Below, one piece after another: positions 9,702-18,315 of a stretch of 64,000 nt of DNA. The translations under genes and the position numbers were made by a program. Origin of the DNA: an uncultured Clostridia bacterium (GTDB lineage: Bacteria > Bacillota > Clostridia > Christensenellales > Borkfalkiaceae); NCBI GenBank assembly GCA_944328445.1, contig CALVHO010000040.1:8018-72017 (forward strand), read 5' to 3'. The notes beneath the pieces are model-generated. The model did no database searches, was not told where the DNA came from, and worked only from the letters and a program-made list of their open reading frames with translations. Numbering within the stretch: position 1 is the first letter of the stretch; the number at the start of each line of letters is the position of its first letter.

Positions 9702-10988
9702 TTATTTCACATATACTTTTTCACTTCCACGTCCAACGACTTTAATCAAGCCGTAATCTCGCATTTGCTTCGCAAGCGTGAAAGCGCGGGTTTTCTTAAG
9801 TCCGAGCAGGTCTTGGATTTCCAAATCGGTGATTTTTCCATTCTCGTCTATATAATCAAGAATCTTCTGCATTTGTGCAGTAATGCCCGTTCCGCTTTCT
9901 TTGGCGGTCGTACGATTCATATTGGGAAGAATGATTTTGAAGGTGTTGGAAGTAACCTCAATTCTCGGTTGCTCGGAGCAACTCGCATACAAATTATAAA
10001 TCTTACGAATACCCGTGCCGTAGGACTCAATCAAGTGCAGACGGTGGAAGATATCAGCAAGATTTTTGTTTCTCGGCTGAGAAATGCCGCTGCGAATATC
10101 GTCGGGAGAAAGACCGGGGAGAAGTCCGCCGATAGAAATAAACTCGATTTCCTTGTCATTTACGTTAATAATAATGCTGCCGCTAAAGCTGTAATCTCGG
10201 TGTACGAGCGCATTAAGCAATGCCTCGCGCAAAGCTTCTTCGGGATAGTCAACCTTTTCGATGCGCTCAAGACCTTTGAACGTAGCGGTTGTTTTATTGC
10301 AGAGGGCAAGATATGCGAAAGTGCTATCAAGCTGTTCAAAAATAGAACCACCGAACTCCTTGCTATCACGGAATTTTGTATTTGCTTCGTCCGCAAAAAC
10401 AGCTACCTTGGTGGTATGAGAGCATTGATCGGAAATGACAAGCGCCAAATTGCTATACATTTCTTCTGATTGAACGGTTACGCCCAATGCGCGATATTTA
10501 TTGGGCGCGAACTCTACGTTGTAACGGTCAAATGCTTTCTTTGCGCTATCGAACGTCAGCTCCTGCTCCATAGAACGCATACTCTCAAAGTTGTCACCGT
10601 CGGATTCCTTAATCATTGCTCTGATCTGCTCGGGAGAAGCAGGAACAGAGGACGTGCCTTGACGAACAAAAACGCCACTCGGCTTCAATCCTTTCGCTTT
10701 CAAATAGTAAGGCTTGAAAGAACCCTCGCTGACCTTAATGCGGATCGTTTGATTCTCTTGGAGCGTATATTTTACAAACATTGTAACGTCGGGCAAAATG
10801 GCATCTCGGATGCCGTTGGTGATACGGGTATATACCTCATCCACATTATCAAGCTCGGTTACGTTTCCTTCGTTATCAATTCCAATGTAAATAGTACCGC
10901 CATCGGTGTTTGCAAAAGCGATAACTTCCTTATAAAGCTCATCCGTAACTTGTGCCTTGAATTCAATATTTTCGGTTTCGAATTTCAT
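9702..10988 (-). CDS. Schlafen/AlbA_2 domain + HATPase_c_4-like + C-terminal wHTH protein
   Basis: Start MKFETENIEFK (GGAGG RBS); AFANTDGGTIYIGID; REALLNALVHRDY; ESYGTGI; C-terminal HTH. Confidence 0.85.
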   Translation of the reverse strand: MKFETENIEFKAQVTDELYKEVIAFANTDGGTIYIGIDNEGNVTELDNVDEVYTRITNGIRDAILPDVTMFVKYTLQENQTIRIKVSEGSFKPYYLKAKGLKPSGVFVRQGTSSVPASPEQIRAMIKESDGDNFESMRSMEQELTFDSAKKAFDRYNVEFAPNKYRALGVTVQSEEMYSNLALVISDQCSHTTKVAVFADEANTKFRDSKEFGGSIFEQLDSTFAYLALCNKTTATFKGLERIEKVDYPEEALREALLNALVHRDYSFSGSIIINVNDKEIEFISIGGLLPGLSPDDIRSGISQPRNKNLADIFHRLHLIESYGTGIRKIYNLYASCSEQPRIEVTSNTFKIILPNMNRTTAKESGTGITAQMQKILDYIDENGKITDLEIQDLLGLKKTRAFTLAKQMRDYGLIKVVGRGSEKVYVK

Positions 10989-11254
10989 ACCGATTCCTCC
11001 GCATAATATGATTTCTATTATTATACACCGAAAATTCGCTTTTGTCAAGCGAATAGAGCGAATATTCAGCGAATTTTCAAAAGAAAAATCAAATTTATAG
11101 CGATTTTTTTGAGTTTGCACACTAAAAGTGCAAGTTTGCACACTTGGATTCGTAGAATTATGCAAGAAAGAAAACTCAAAACAAGGCTTGAATTACACTT
11201 TTCTGGGCGAACTTTTACTATTCAACTACACTTTTCCGGACGAACTTTAATAGT

Positions 11255-11280
11255 AAAAGCGGCGAGAGCACTCCCGCCGC
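11255..11280 (-). terminator. Rho-independent terminator downstream of tnpV-DUF6809
   Basis: Minus strand GCGGCGGGAG-TG-CTCTCGCCGC-TTTT. Confidence 0.7.
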
Positions 11281-11286
11281 CGTGTG

Positions 11287-11553
11287 TTATTCAGTTATTG
11301 TTTCAATGGCAATCTGCATACCAAGTTTGAAAGCGTACTCAAAGATGGCTGCTTCTGCGAGGCTCATATACTCACTCCAACAATCGTGAAACTTTTCAAA
11401 GACTTCTTTTTGCTCGTCCGTGAAGCTCTTTTCCAAGTCCTCGTGGTGTCTTGCCATATAGCCAAGCAGTTCTTTCATCTCTTTGGAGTTGGTTCTGCTA
11501 TCTTCTTGCGGTATGATGTTTCCGTGCCAAAGCTCGTTGATGATCGACTTCAT
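11287..11553 (-). CDS. Small conserved mobile-element protein (DUF6809-like)
   Basis: MKSIINELWHGNIIPQE...AIFEYAFKLGMQI; ATGA overlap with tnpV; GGAGG RBS. Confidence 0.6.
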   Translation of the reverse strand: MKSIINELWHGNIIPQEDSRTNSKEMKELLGYMARHHEDLEKSFTDEQKEVFEKFHDCWSEYMSLAEAAIFEYAFKLGMQIAIETITE

Positions 11554-11915
11554 TGATAGATTACCTCCCGCAAAACGATTTCTTCCGCGCTTGCCTTGAT
11601 ATTGTTCATTTCTACTACCCAACGGAGCATATCCCGAGCCTTCATATTCTCGTCTATACCTCTTTCGGCAGTGAGGCTGGAGATAATGCTTTCAATCATC
11701 GTTTTTGCTTCAACATCAATCTCATAGAGCCGCTGATTGAGCGTACCTTCCGAGAGAAGATTGGTGTAACGCCCTTTGCGATGCGCTTTGAGATATTTGA
11801 GGTGCAATCTTCCGTACTTGCCGATCTCCTTTTGTTCGGGGAGTTCAAGCAAGGGGTAATATTGCTCGCCTCTGAGTTCGTAGGTAATTCCGTTTTGTTC
11901 AATGTACTTTTCCAT
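11550..11915 (-). CDS. tnpV: TnpV family transposon-encoded protein
   Basis: NGITYELRGEQYYPLL, IGKYGRLHLKYLK, WVVEMNNIKASAEEIVLREVI. Confidence 0.85.
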   Translation of the reverse strand: MEKYIEQNGITYELRGEQYYPLLELPEQKEIGKYGRLHLKYLKAHRKGRYTNLLSEGTLNQRLYEIDVEAKTMIESIISSLTAERGIDENMKARDMLRWVVEMNNIKASAEEIVLREVIYQ

Positions 11916-11988
11916 ATATTGCACCGTCCTTTCTTTTGGTGCTTTAAGTGTACTACAAAGGCGAAAATACTGCAAATGTACCGATTAG

Positions 11989-12025
11989 AAAATACGAGAA
12001 ACGTCCGAAAACGCTCTCGTATTTT
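11989..12025 (-). terminator. Terminator-like hairpin closing the polymerase operon
   Basis: AAAATACGAGA / TCTCGTATTTT inverted repeat just after the 12032 stop; T-run on both strands. Confidence 0.6.
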
Positions 12026-12031
12026 TTGTAT

Positions 12032-12871
12032 TTAGATATTTAATTTTACGCGGCTCACACCGTTGCTTACCTCACGCAAAAGGATGGCAGCAGGGATTTT
12101 GCTTAGCCACTTTTTGCTGAAATTCGTATTGCTATAATAGCAATCGAAGTTAGCAATCGGGAGTACCACCCAATCGGTATCGGTCGGCTTATTCGCTTCG
12201 CAATAGGCAATCACGTCGCATACGACCTCAAACGGAACACCGCCGAGGTCAAGCGCGGCAATAGCGTTTTCTCTTTCGGGAGGTAAAATATATTCCTCGG
12301 TTCGCAACGCGCCAAGCTCCAAGGCATCAGCAAGAATATCGTCGAAGCGCAATGCCCACGCGGCTTTGGTGTTGAGTGCGAAGATCGGCACTTGGAGCTG
12401 TCTCACCTTCTTTTTCCACTCGGTCTTAAAGCCTTTTACAATCAAAGCGACGGTCGTTTTCGCCTTTTCGCTTACAGCATCGGGGTTCTTTTTTACAAAC
12501 TTTACGATATTCTGCACGTGGCGGTAATACCATCCCTCTCCCTTGGCATTTACAAGCTCGGGAAAGTCCGAGGAAAACGCGCCGAAATTGGTAATCGGCT
12601 CGTCCTCATTTTTATCGGGAATACTGCACCAAGCACAGAGAGCCTTCCTTGCATATTCTACGCGCTCGTAAGGATTACCCCCGCGTAAGCTACCGTCTTG
12701 ATTGTGGAACAAATAGCCTCGTGCGATTATCGTCAGTATTCTACCGAATCCTTCGAAATCGGTGATGGTTTTGAAAGTGAACCTGCCAAGATAGGAGAGG
12801 TCATGCTTGCTTGCGGCAGAATAGGTCGGCTTCTTGATATATGCTTGGAATTCTAACCATTCATTCGTCAT
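12032..12871 (-). CDS. Hypothetical 279-aa protein translationally coupled to the RdRP-like polymerase
   Basis: ATG 12871 overlaps the TGA (12868-12870) of the upstream gene (ATGA), GGAGG RBS; no motif recognised. Confidence 0.75.
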   Translation of the reverse strand: MTNEWLEFQAYIKKPTYSAASKHDLSYLGRFTFKTITDFEGFGRILTIIARGYLFHNQDGSLRGGNPYERVEYARKALCAWCSIPDKNEDEPITNFGAFSSDFPELVNAKGEGWYYRHVQNIVKFVKKNPDAVSEKAKTTVALIVKGFKTEWKKKVRQLQVPIFALNTKAAWALRFDDILADALELGALRTEEYILPPERENAIAALDLGGVPFEVVCDVIAYCEANKPTDTDWVVLPIANFDCYYSNTNFSKKWLSKIPAAILLREVSNGVSRVKLNI

Positions 12872-15800
12872 TTCCATAACCTCCATTTCTTCTTTTTTGG
12901 TTCTTCCACCATAAAGATGTGGCTTCGGTCGAGAGTCAGGTCAAGTACGGTAGCTGGTAACACCTCCAACGCGAACTGTCGCTTACCAAGAGCAACCGCG
13001 CATTTTACGACCTCATCGAAATCAAGCGCGCCACGCCTGCTCGGTGGGCAAATAACGTTGATACAGTTGCGGATAATCTGCGCTTTGTAATCGTCGGCGC
13101 GTTCTATACCCGAAAGCATTGTTTGCAAATCCTTACTATCACCTTTTTGCTTGGTGATATTTGTCTTTATGCCTTTATTTCGGTGCATATCGTCAAGGTC
13201 ACAGATAATATCACCGACGATTCTATAACCTCCGTGGCTGAAATCGCAAAGAACGTCCAAATAGTCGGATAATCCCATAACACCCGTAAGTGCGTAAAGC
13301 AAATGCTGCCGTTCTTCCGGTGGGGCAAGATGCCAACGAGAATCCTCCAAGCCGTGCCGCGCTTTGCGACCTTGTTGAGGTGACATATTCTCAAATAGTG
13401 AATATAGCTCATCGACCGAATAATCATTCTCCTGCCCGCGAGCGTAAAGAATACGGTAAATATCCCCTTTGCGCTTCATTTCGGACGGAATATGATTGAT
13501 ATAGCGGATACGCTGTAACGCAGTTTCATAGTCGCGGATAATAGATGCCACGCGGTCAAGCGTTGTTTTATCAAGCCGTTCTTTCCAATTGGGCAATTGA
13601 GCGAACACGAATAAGTATTCATCACTTACGGGAGAGGTTTTAACCTTTTCGGTTGTATGCTCCAGCATATATGCAAAATACGGGAGCTTTTCAAGGTTGG
13701 AGCTGATGGAGTTCCAATCTACACTCTCAAAATACTTTTTAAGTCGCGCGTTTTTTGTCGGCTCATACCACTTGTGTGCCTCGTCACTCTCGGCAATCGT
13801 TTTATAGCGCAAGAAGATACTGCGGCGCGCTCTTTTATTTTCGATATACTCGGAGAGATCGGGCTTGATGCCGCTTTTAGAGGAGTCAATTTCAAGTCCC
13901 GTGAGGATAGCAAGGGTTTCCACATCTTGGTTGTAATGCACCTTGTCCTCGCTCTTAGTATTTTCATCGTAGGCGAGAACACCGCGGTTGAGTGCGGCAT
14001 TACTGATCTGACCAACGCGAGAGGAAAAGGTGTTCCTTACGGTGACAAATCGGGCATACCAATCGTTCGCATCCGAGATCAGCGGCTCTGCGGTAGGTAT
14101 TTTCAAAAGCGGTAGCTCGGTGCTACTTCGAATCACACATTGGTTGATAAGTGGATCGGCAATGGTTTTGACCATATCACCGTCGAAGTCAGCACCTCCG
14201 AGCCGTTCGGGAATGAGCGAACGGGAGTCCACCATTATTACGTAGCCGAGGTGCGAAAAATATTTCTCACGCAACGCGCCCGGTTTAATTGGCTTTACAA
14301 GTGCTTCTTCGTTTCTTGCAATATGTGGGCTACGAAGCACGGTGTAAAATTCACTTTCGGCATAACTCGGAAGCGGAGCGTATATCTCGTTTCCACTTAT
14401 AAATTCAGCTTCAAGGCGGCGGTAAATATCGTCGCCCTTTTCTTTTAGCGTATCTTTTACAATAAACGCGATCAAGCGCAAAAGGTCATCGGACAGATAG
14501 CGGTTATCTCCCGTGACCAAGAGCTTTCCTACCGCGTACTTGGAGAGAATATTCTCAGCACGGTCGGATAGTTCCTTTGCAAATATCGGCTCGTCGATAA
14601 ACATTCCGTTTTTGGCAATCAGCTCCGCACGGTACTGTCGGCGCTCGGCTGCTATCTCTACGTCCTGCAAGTCGTCAAGGAAGTATTTGCGGCGAGCGCC
14701 ATTGTCAGCGACGAGGCGATAATAGGCAACCTCGGTGGTTTTCGTAATCCAATTACGGCTATCGTACTCGGGAGAGTCGCGCCAACCGAGAGGCAGCTCC
14801 TTTGGACGAAATTCCTCGTCAGTGATGGAGAGGGTGTTCAAGAACTGATAGTTCAGCTCGGTCGTATCTTGTGCGCCAAGCTTATCCTTACCCGACACGT
14901 AGAGTGCGTGACCGTATCTCGCACAGCGATCAAGATATTCTCTCCAAGAGAGGTTGTTACTTTCCATCCACTTGCGACCTTTGAACATACTGTCTGTCAA
15001 GATAATATCCACGTCGGTAGGATCGTGGCGCTCGCCCCACATATCTACGATATACGGAACTCCAAGCTCGGTGAACAATCCTGCAAAATCAACCTTATGC
15101 ACAACGCCCTTGATATAGGGCATACGAATCTGAAAGGAATTATGCTCGCGTCCAAGTGCTTCGGCAAGGCGCGGTGAAATAAAGCCCTCACCGTCAAACT
15201 CGGTAACCGTAATATCCGTCGTTTTCTCCACGCGGGAATATTTGCGCATCGGGTTATCCGTTCCATCGTCCTCCACCGTGATAACGTTTACGTTCTCGAT
15301 GGTAGATTGCGGATTTTTAATTACGATGATTTTCTTATCCGAGAGGATGCTCGTATTGCTATATCTCGCTCCGCTTGTAAAAAGGAGCGCGTTGTAGGCG
15401 TAGAGCTTACTGAGTTGGCAATCTCCGATATTCATATCGAGCATCATACGCTCCCGAAGCGGCTCGTACACGTCGGCACGAACGAAGGCAAGGCGGTTCT
15501 CGCGGCTCATCGAAGCCGAGCGTTCAAAAGCAATATATACGTGATCCTCTTTGCCGAAATTCATTATTCCTTCGGGGCGGAACATATACTCGGCAATCCT
15601 TTGATGCTCCAACACTCTGCCCACGGGCTTGCGGTCAAAAATACCCGAAAAGTCGATATATACGAATATGTCGCTTAACGCGTCTGATATAACATCGTTA
15701 TCGGGGTTCTTGCCTAAAGCAAGCATTGCTTGATAGAAGATCGGGCAATCGTCCTGCAAGGTTCTTTCCACCAAATATTCCTTTGAGGGATCGGTGGTAT

Positions 15801-15894
15801 CAAAATAAAAGCGATATCCGTCATCCGTCTGCCGCGCGGAAGCAAGAATACTTTGCGCCGATATTTCGGGAATGATATATTTTTTGTTTCTCAT
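12868..15894 (-). CDS. Single-subunit two-barrel RNA polymerase, eukaryotic RdRP (QDE-1/RDR) / phage SPbeta YonO-like
   Basis: Motifs in the expected order: FERSASMSR, TEFDGEGFIS, FQIRMPYIKG, LTDSMFKG, LRSPHIARNE, RLGGADFDGD (DxDGD metal site), VGQISN, AILTGLEIDSSK. Confidence 0.8.
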   Translation of the reverse strand: MRNKKYIIPEISAQSILASARQTDDGYRFYFDTTDPSKEYLVERTLQDDCPIFYQAMLALGKNPDNDVISDALSDIFVYIDFSGIFDRKPVGRVLEHQRIAEYMFRPEGIMNFGKEDHVYIAFERSASMSRENRLAFVRADVYEPLRERMMLDMNIGDCQLSKLYAYNALLFTSGARYSNTSILSDKKIIVIKNPQSTIENVNVITVEDDGTDNPMRKYSRVEKTTDITVTEFDGEGFISPRLAEALGREHNSFQIRMPYIKGVVHKVDFAGLFTELGVPYIVDMWGERHDPTDVDIILTDSMFKGRKWMESNNLSWREYLDRCARYGHALYVSGKDKLGAQDTTELNYQFLNTLSITDEEFRPKELPLGWRDSPEYDSRNWITKTTEVAYYRLVADNGARRKYFLDDLQDVEIAAERRQYRAELIAKNGMFIDEPIFAKELSDRAENILSKYAVGKLLVTGDNRYLSDDLLRLIAFIVKDTLKEKGDDIYRRLEAEFISGNEIYAPLPSYAESEFYTVLRSPHIARNEEALVKPIKPGALREKYFSHLGYVIMVDSRSLIPERLGGADFDGDMVKTIADPLINQCVIRSSTELPLLKIPTAEPLISDANDWYARFVTVRNTFSSRVGQISNAALNRGVLAYDENTKSEDKVHYNQDVETLAILTGLEIDSSKSGIKPDLSEYIENKRARRSIFLRYKTIAESDEAHKWYEPTKNARLKKYFESVDWNSISSNLEKLPYFAYMLEHTTEKVKTSPVSDEYLFVFAQLPNWKERLDKTTLDRVASIIRDYETALQRIRYINHIPSEMKRKGDIYRILYARGQENDYSVDELYSLFENMSPQQGRKARHGLEDSRWHLAPPEERQHLLYALTGVMGLSDYLDVLCDFSHGGYRIVGDIICDLDDMHRNKGIKTNITKQKGDSKDLQTMLSGIERADDYKAQIIRNCINVICPPSRRGALDFDEVVKCAVALGKRQFALEVLPATVLDLTLDRSHIFMVEEPKKKKWRLWK

Positions 15895-15923
15895 ACGGTT
15901 CTCCTTTGATAGAGAGTGGTTTA

Positions 15924-15952
15924 ATTATACAATATTTCCTCCAAAAAGTCAA
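15924..15952 (-). promoter_or_regulatory. Sigma-A promoter of the polymerase operon
   Basis: TTGACT-17 bp-TATAAT with extended TG, followed by an AAAGGAG RBS before ATG 15894. Confidence 0.75.
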
Positions 15953-16040
15953 TATGCAATTATTTGATAACTGCCCCCACAAATTTAAAAAAGTGTGAGG
16001 AACTTACGTTATCAAATTCGAGAAAAAGGAGGAAAAAGCT

Positions 16041-16271
16041 ATGCTGAAAATCACACCAAGGCAAGCGGAAAGAGTCAACCGTCTTGTGTCAGAGTTATGC
16101 GCCAACTGTGACCAAGACGGTAACTGCGTTCTGCTTGACGACGGCGAAGCACATCGCTGTGTGCAACTCATTTCCGTATACGGCATCTACTGCAATTATT
16201 TCAAAAATGCGGTACTGCCTGCGGACAAAGAACTACACGAAGAAATCCAAAAACAAAATCACAAACAGTAA
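16041..16271 (+). CDS. Cys-rich VLP-domain protein of conjugative/mobilisable elements
   Basis: CANCDQDGNC...C...YCNYFKNAVLPAD pattern; AGGAGG RBS. Confidence 0.7.
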   Translation: MLKITPRQAERVNRLVSELCANCDQDGNCVLLDDGEAHRCVQLISVYGIYCNYFKNAVLPADKELHEEIQKQNHKQ

Positions 16272-16288
16272 AAAGGAGAAATGAAAGT

Positions 16289-17215
16289 ATGAAGAAAATG
16301 AACCAAATCTATCTCATCGGTATCGACCACGGCTACGGCAATATGAAAACGGCAAACTGCTGCTTTCCCACGGGTGTGCTGAAAAGCGATACCGAACCCA
16401 CCTTTGTATCCGACCTGCTTGTATGGAACGAAAAGTATTATTCTATCGGTGTCGGGCACAAGGAGTTCAAAGCCGACAAATTCAACGACGAGGATTATTA
16501 CGTCCTCACCCTTGCCGCGATTGCGCGGGAGCTTTGGCGAGAGCGCATCACCGAAGCCGACGTTTATATTGCGGCAGGTCTGCCTCTTACTTGGGTAAGT
16601 GAGCAGAAAAGCGATTTTAAGAACTATCTGCTTCAAAACAGTGAGGTCGTATTTACCTTCCGCGAGGTGGAATACCGCATCAACATCGTAGGCGCGGAGG
16701 TTTACCCGCAGGGGTTCGCCGCTATAGTCAATAATCTGCCGAGCTTTACGGGGGTTACGATGCTCTGCGATATTGGAAACGGCACGATGAACCTGCTCCG
16801 CATCGTCAACAAGAAACCCGACGCACAGAGGATGTTTACTGAGAAATACGGCACTCATCAGTGTGCGCTTCTTATCCGTGAGGAAATGATGAAGGTACAC
16901 CACGCGAGCCTCGACGATGCTATCGTTACGGAAATCTTGAAGAAAGGCACGGCAGAGATCGACGGCGCTTATCTTGAAACCGTCGTAAAGACCGCCAAGA
17001 ACTACACGGCGGGCATCTTCCGCCGTCTGCGTGAGCACGAATACGATCCCAAGCTAATGAAGCTCTACGTGGTAGGCGGAGGCGGTTGCCTTATCCGCAA
17101 TTTTGCCGATTACGATGAGAGCCGTGTGACCGTCAATGACGATATTTGCGCTACTACAAAGGGATACGAGCGTATGCTTGAAATGCAACTGCTCCGTGGC
17201 GGTGGTCGCGTATGA
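16289..17215 (+). CDS. ParM/StbA family actin-like segregation ATPase
   Basis: IGIDHGYGNMK, DIGNGT, VVGGGG actin-fold motifs. Confidence 0.85.
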   Translation: MKKMNQIYLIGIDHGYGNMKTANCCFPTGVLKSDTEPTFVSDLLVWNEKYYSIGVGHKEFKADKFNDEDYYVLTLAAIARELWRERITEADVYIAAGLPLTWVSEQKSDFKNYLLQNSEVVFTFREVEYRINIVGAEVYPQGFAAIVNNLPSFTGVTMLCDIGNGTMNLLRIVNKKPDAQRMFTEKYGTHQCALLIREEMMKVHHASLDDAIVTEILKKGTAEIDGAYLETVVKTAKNYTAGIFRRLREHEYDPKLMKLYVVGGGGCLIRNFADYDESRVTVNDDICATTKGYERMLEMQLLRGGGRV

Positions 17216-17490
17216 CGATAAAACGGTTTAGTCTGCGCTTCAATTTAGATAACGAAGCAGAGCGCAAAGCTTGGGAACATCTGCAACCCGTTACAGACTC
17301 AAAGAACAAGACGATTATCACCGCGATAAACGCTTATTTTGAAACCGACGGGAGGATGGAAACGATCATAAGAGAAACTATCAGAGAGTGCCTAAAGGAT
17401 ATATCCGTTGTGAAAACGGAAGAAACATCCGCCGAGAAAATATCCGAGGAAGAGAATATCCTTATGGACTCGCTTGATATGTTTATGTAA
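17212..17490 (+). CDS. Probable ParR-like adaptor / RHH DNA-binding protein
   Basis: ATGA overlap with parM; N-terminal RFSLRFNL strand then helices, acidic tail. Confidence 0.55.
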   Translation: MTIKRFSLRFNLDNEAERKAWEHLQPVTDSKNKTIITAINAYFETDGRMETIIRETIRECLKDISVVKTEETSAEKISEEENILMDSLDMFM

Positions 17491-17580
17491 CGTGGCATTA
17501 CGGTGATGCCGCTTTTTTATTGCTCAAAACGAGTGCGGCATCACTTTGGCATTATGAAAATTTTAGGAGGAAAGATTTAT

Positions 17581-17889
17581 ATGAAAGCTTATTCATTCAG
17601 ACAAATGCAGGACGCGGGCATCCGCGTTGACAACTATAAGGCAAACGAGCGCGAGGGCGTATTTATCGCAACGCTTGACGTAAAGCGTTGGGGTAAAGGC
17701 AGAAACATCGTTGCCTATTTCACGTTTGAGGACGGTAGCAAGATTATGGCTGCCGCTTGGCAGAATACGGGCTATCTCGGTATCCCCGACATCGAAGAAG
17801 GAGCGCGCTTAAAGCTCACGTTTGAAAGAGCAAAGAACGGCAACTCATATCTGCGAAAAGTTGAGAGATACGAGTGTCTTACACCGTAA
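17581..17889 (+). CDS. Hypothetical protein, possibly OB-fold
   Basis: AGGAGG RBS then ATG 17581; beta-rich, aromatic/basic pattern; family not recognised. Confidence 0.6.
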   Translation: MKAYSFRQMQDAGIRVDNYKANEREGVFIATLDVKRWGKGRNIVAYFTFEDGSKIMAAAWQNTGYLGIPDIEEGARLKLTFERAKNGNSYLRKVERYECLTP

Positions 17890-17896
17890 CAAGCAG

Positions 17897-17964
17897 GACG
17901 TTTGTGTGCCAAACGTCGCACCGCCACAAGGGGGTTGTGGCAGAGATTTTAGGGGATGCCCCTA
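17897..17964 (+). other. Putative oriT region
   Basis: Three consecutive perfect hairpins (GACGTTTG/CAAACGTC, GCCACAA/TTGTGGC, TAGGGG/CCCCTA) immediately upstream of mobC-relaxase. Confidence 0.55.
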
Positions 17965-17989
17965 ATACCCCGAATGAAAGGATGGTTTT

Positions 17990-18315
17990 ATGAAAAAAGA
18001 AGATATAAGAATCGTTGCCCGAGTGACGAAAAAGAAAAGGAGCGTATCAACTCCATAGCCGAGAAATGCGGGCTAAGCACAACAGAATATATCCGTCAAA
18101 GAGCGTTGGGATTTGAACCGAGATCGGTTCCGACCGGCGCTCTTTTTGCTTTCTGCGAGAAATTGGATGCGCTCGTCGAGCCACCGTTCTCCGCAGAGGT
18201 CAACGCGGCGGCGCTCGCATTGCTAAAGGATATATCTAACACTTTGATCGCGCCGAGAAAGGAGAATATGCGTAAATGGCAACCACAGGATTCTGGCCCG
18301 TCAAAGGACGGTTAA
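17990..18315 (+). pseudogene. mobC: mobC-like RHH relaxosome protein, frameshifted
   Basis: RBS-preceded ATG 17990 reads MKKEDIRIVARVTKK then stops; adding one A in the A-run near 18028-18032 joins it to EKERINSIAEKCGLSTTEYIRQRALG. Confidence 0.65.

Noticed and set aside
11550-11915. TnpV as a transposase defining a separate IS
   Set aside because: TnpV is a small accessory protein with no catalytic transposase motif, and no IS ends are seen.
12868-15894. Reverse transcriptase/retron/DGR, or prophage gene
   Set aside because: No YADD-type RT motif (the DFDGD loop is two-barrel type), no template/variable repeat pair, and no virion genes in the window.
9687-17038. Antisense ORFs in the element (9687-10469 +, 10470-11006 +, 16259-17038 -)
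   Set aside because: They mirror well-supported genes on the other strand and have no recognisable features.
17956-18030. Track start for mobC at 17956
   Set aside because: It lies inside an oriT hairpin with no RBS; the RBS-preceded ATG at 17990 plus a frameshift gives a better RHH N-terminus.
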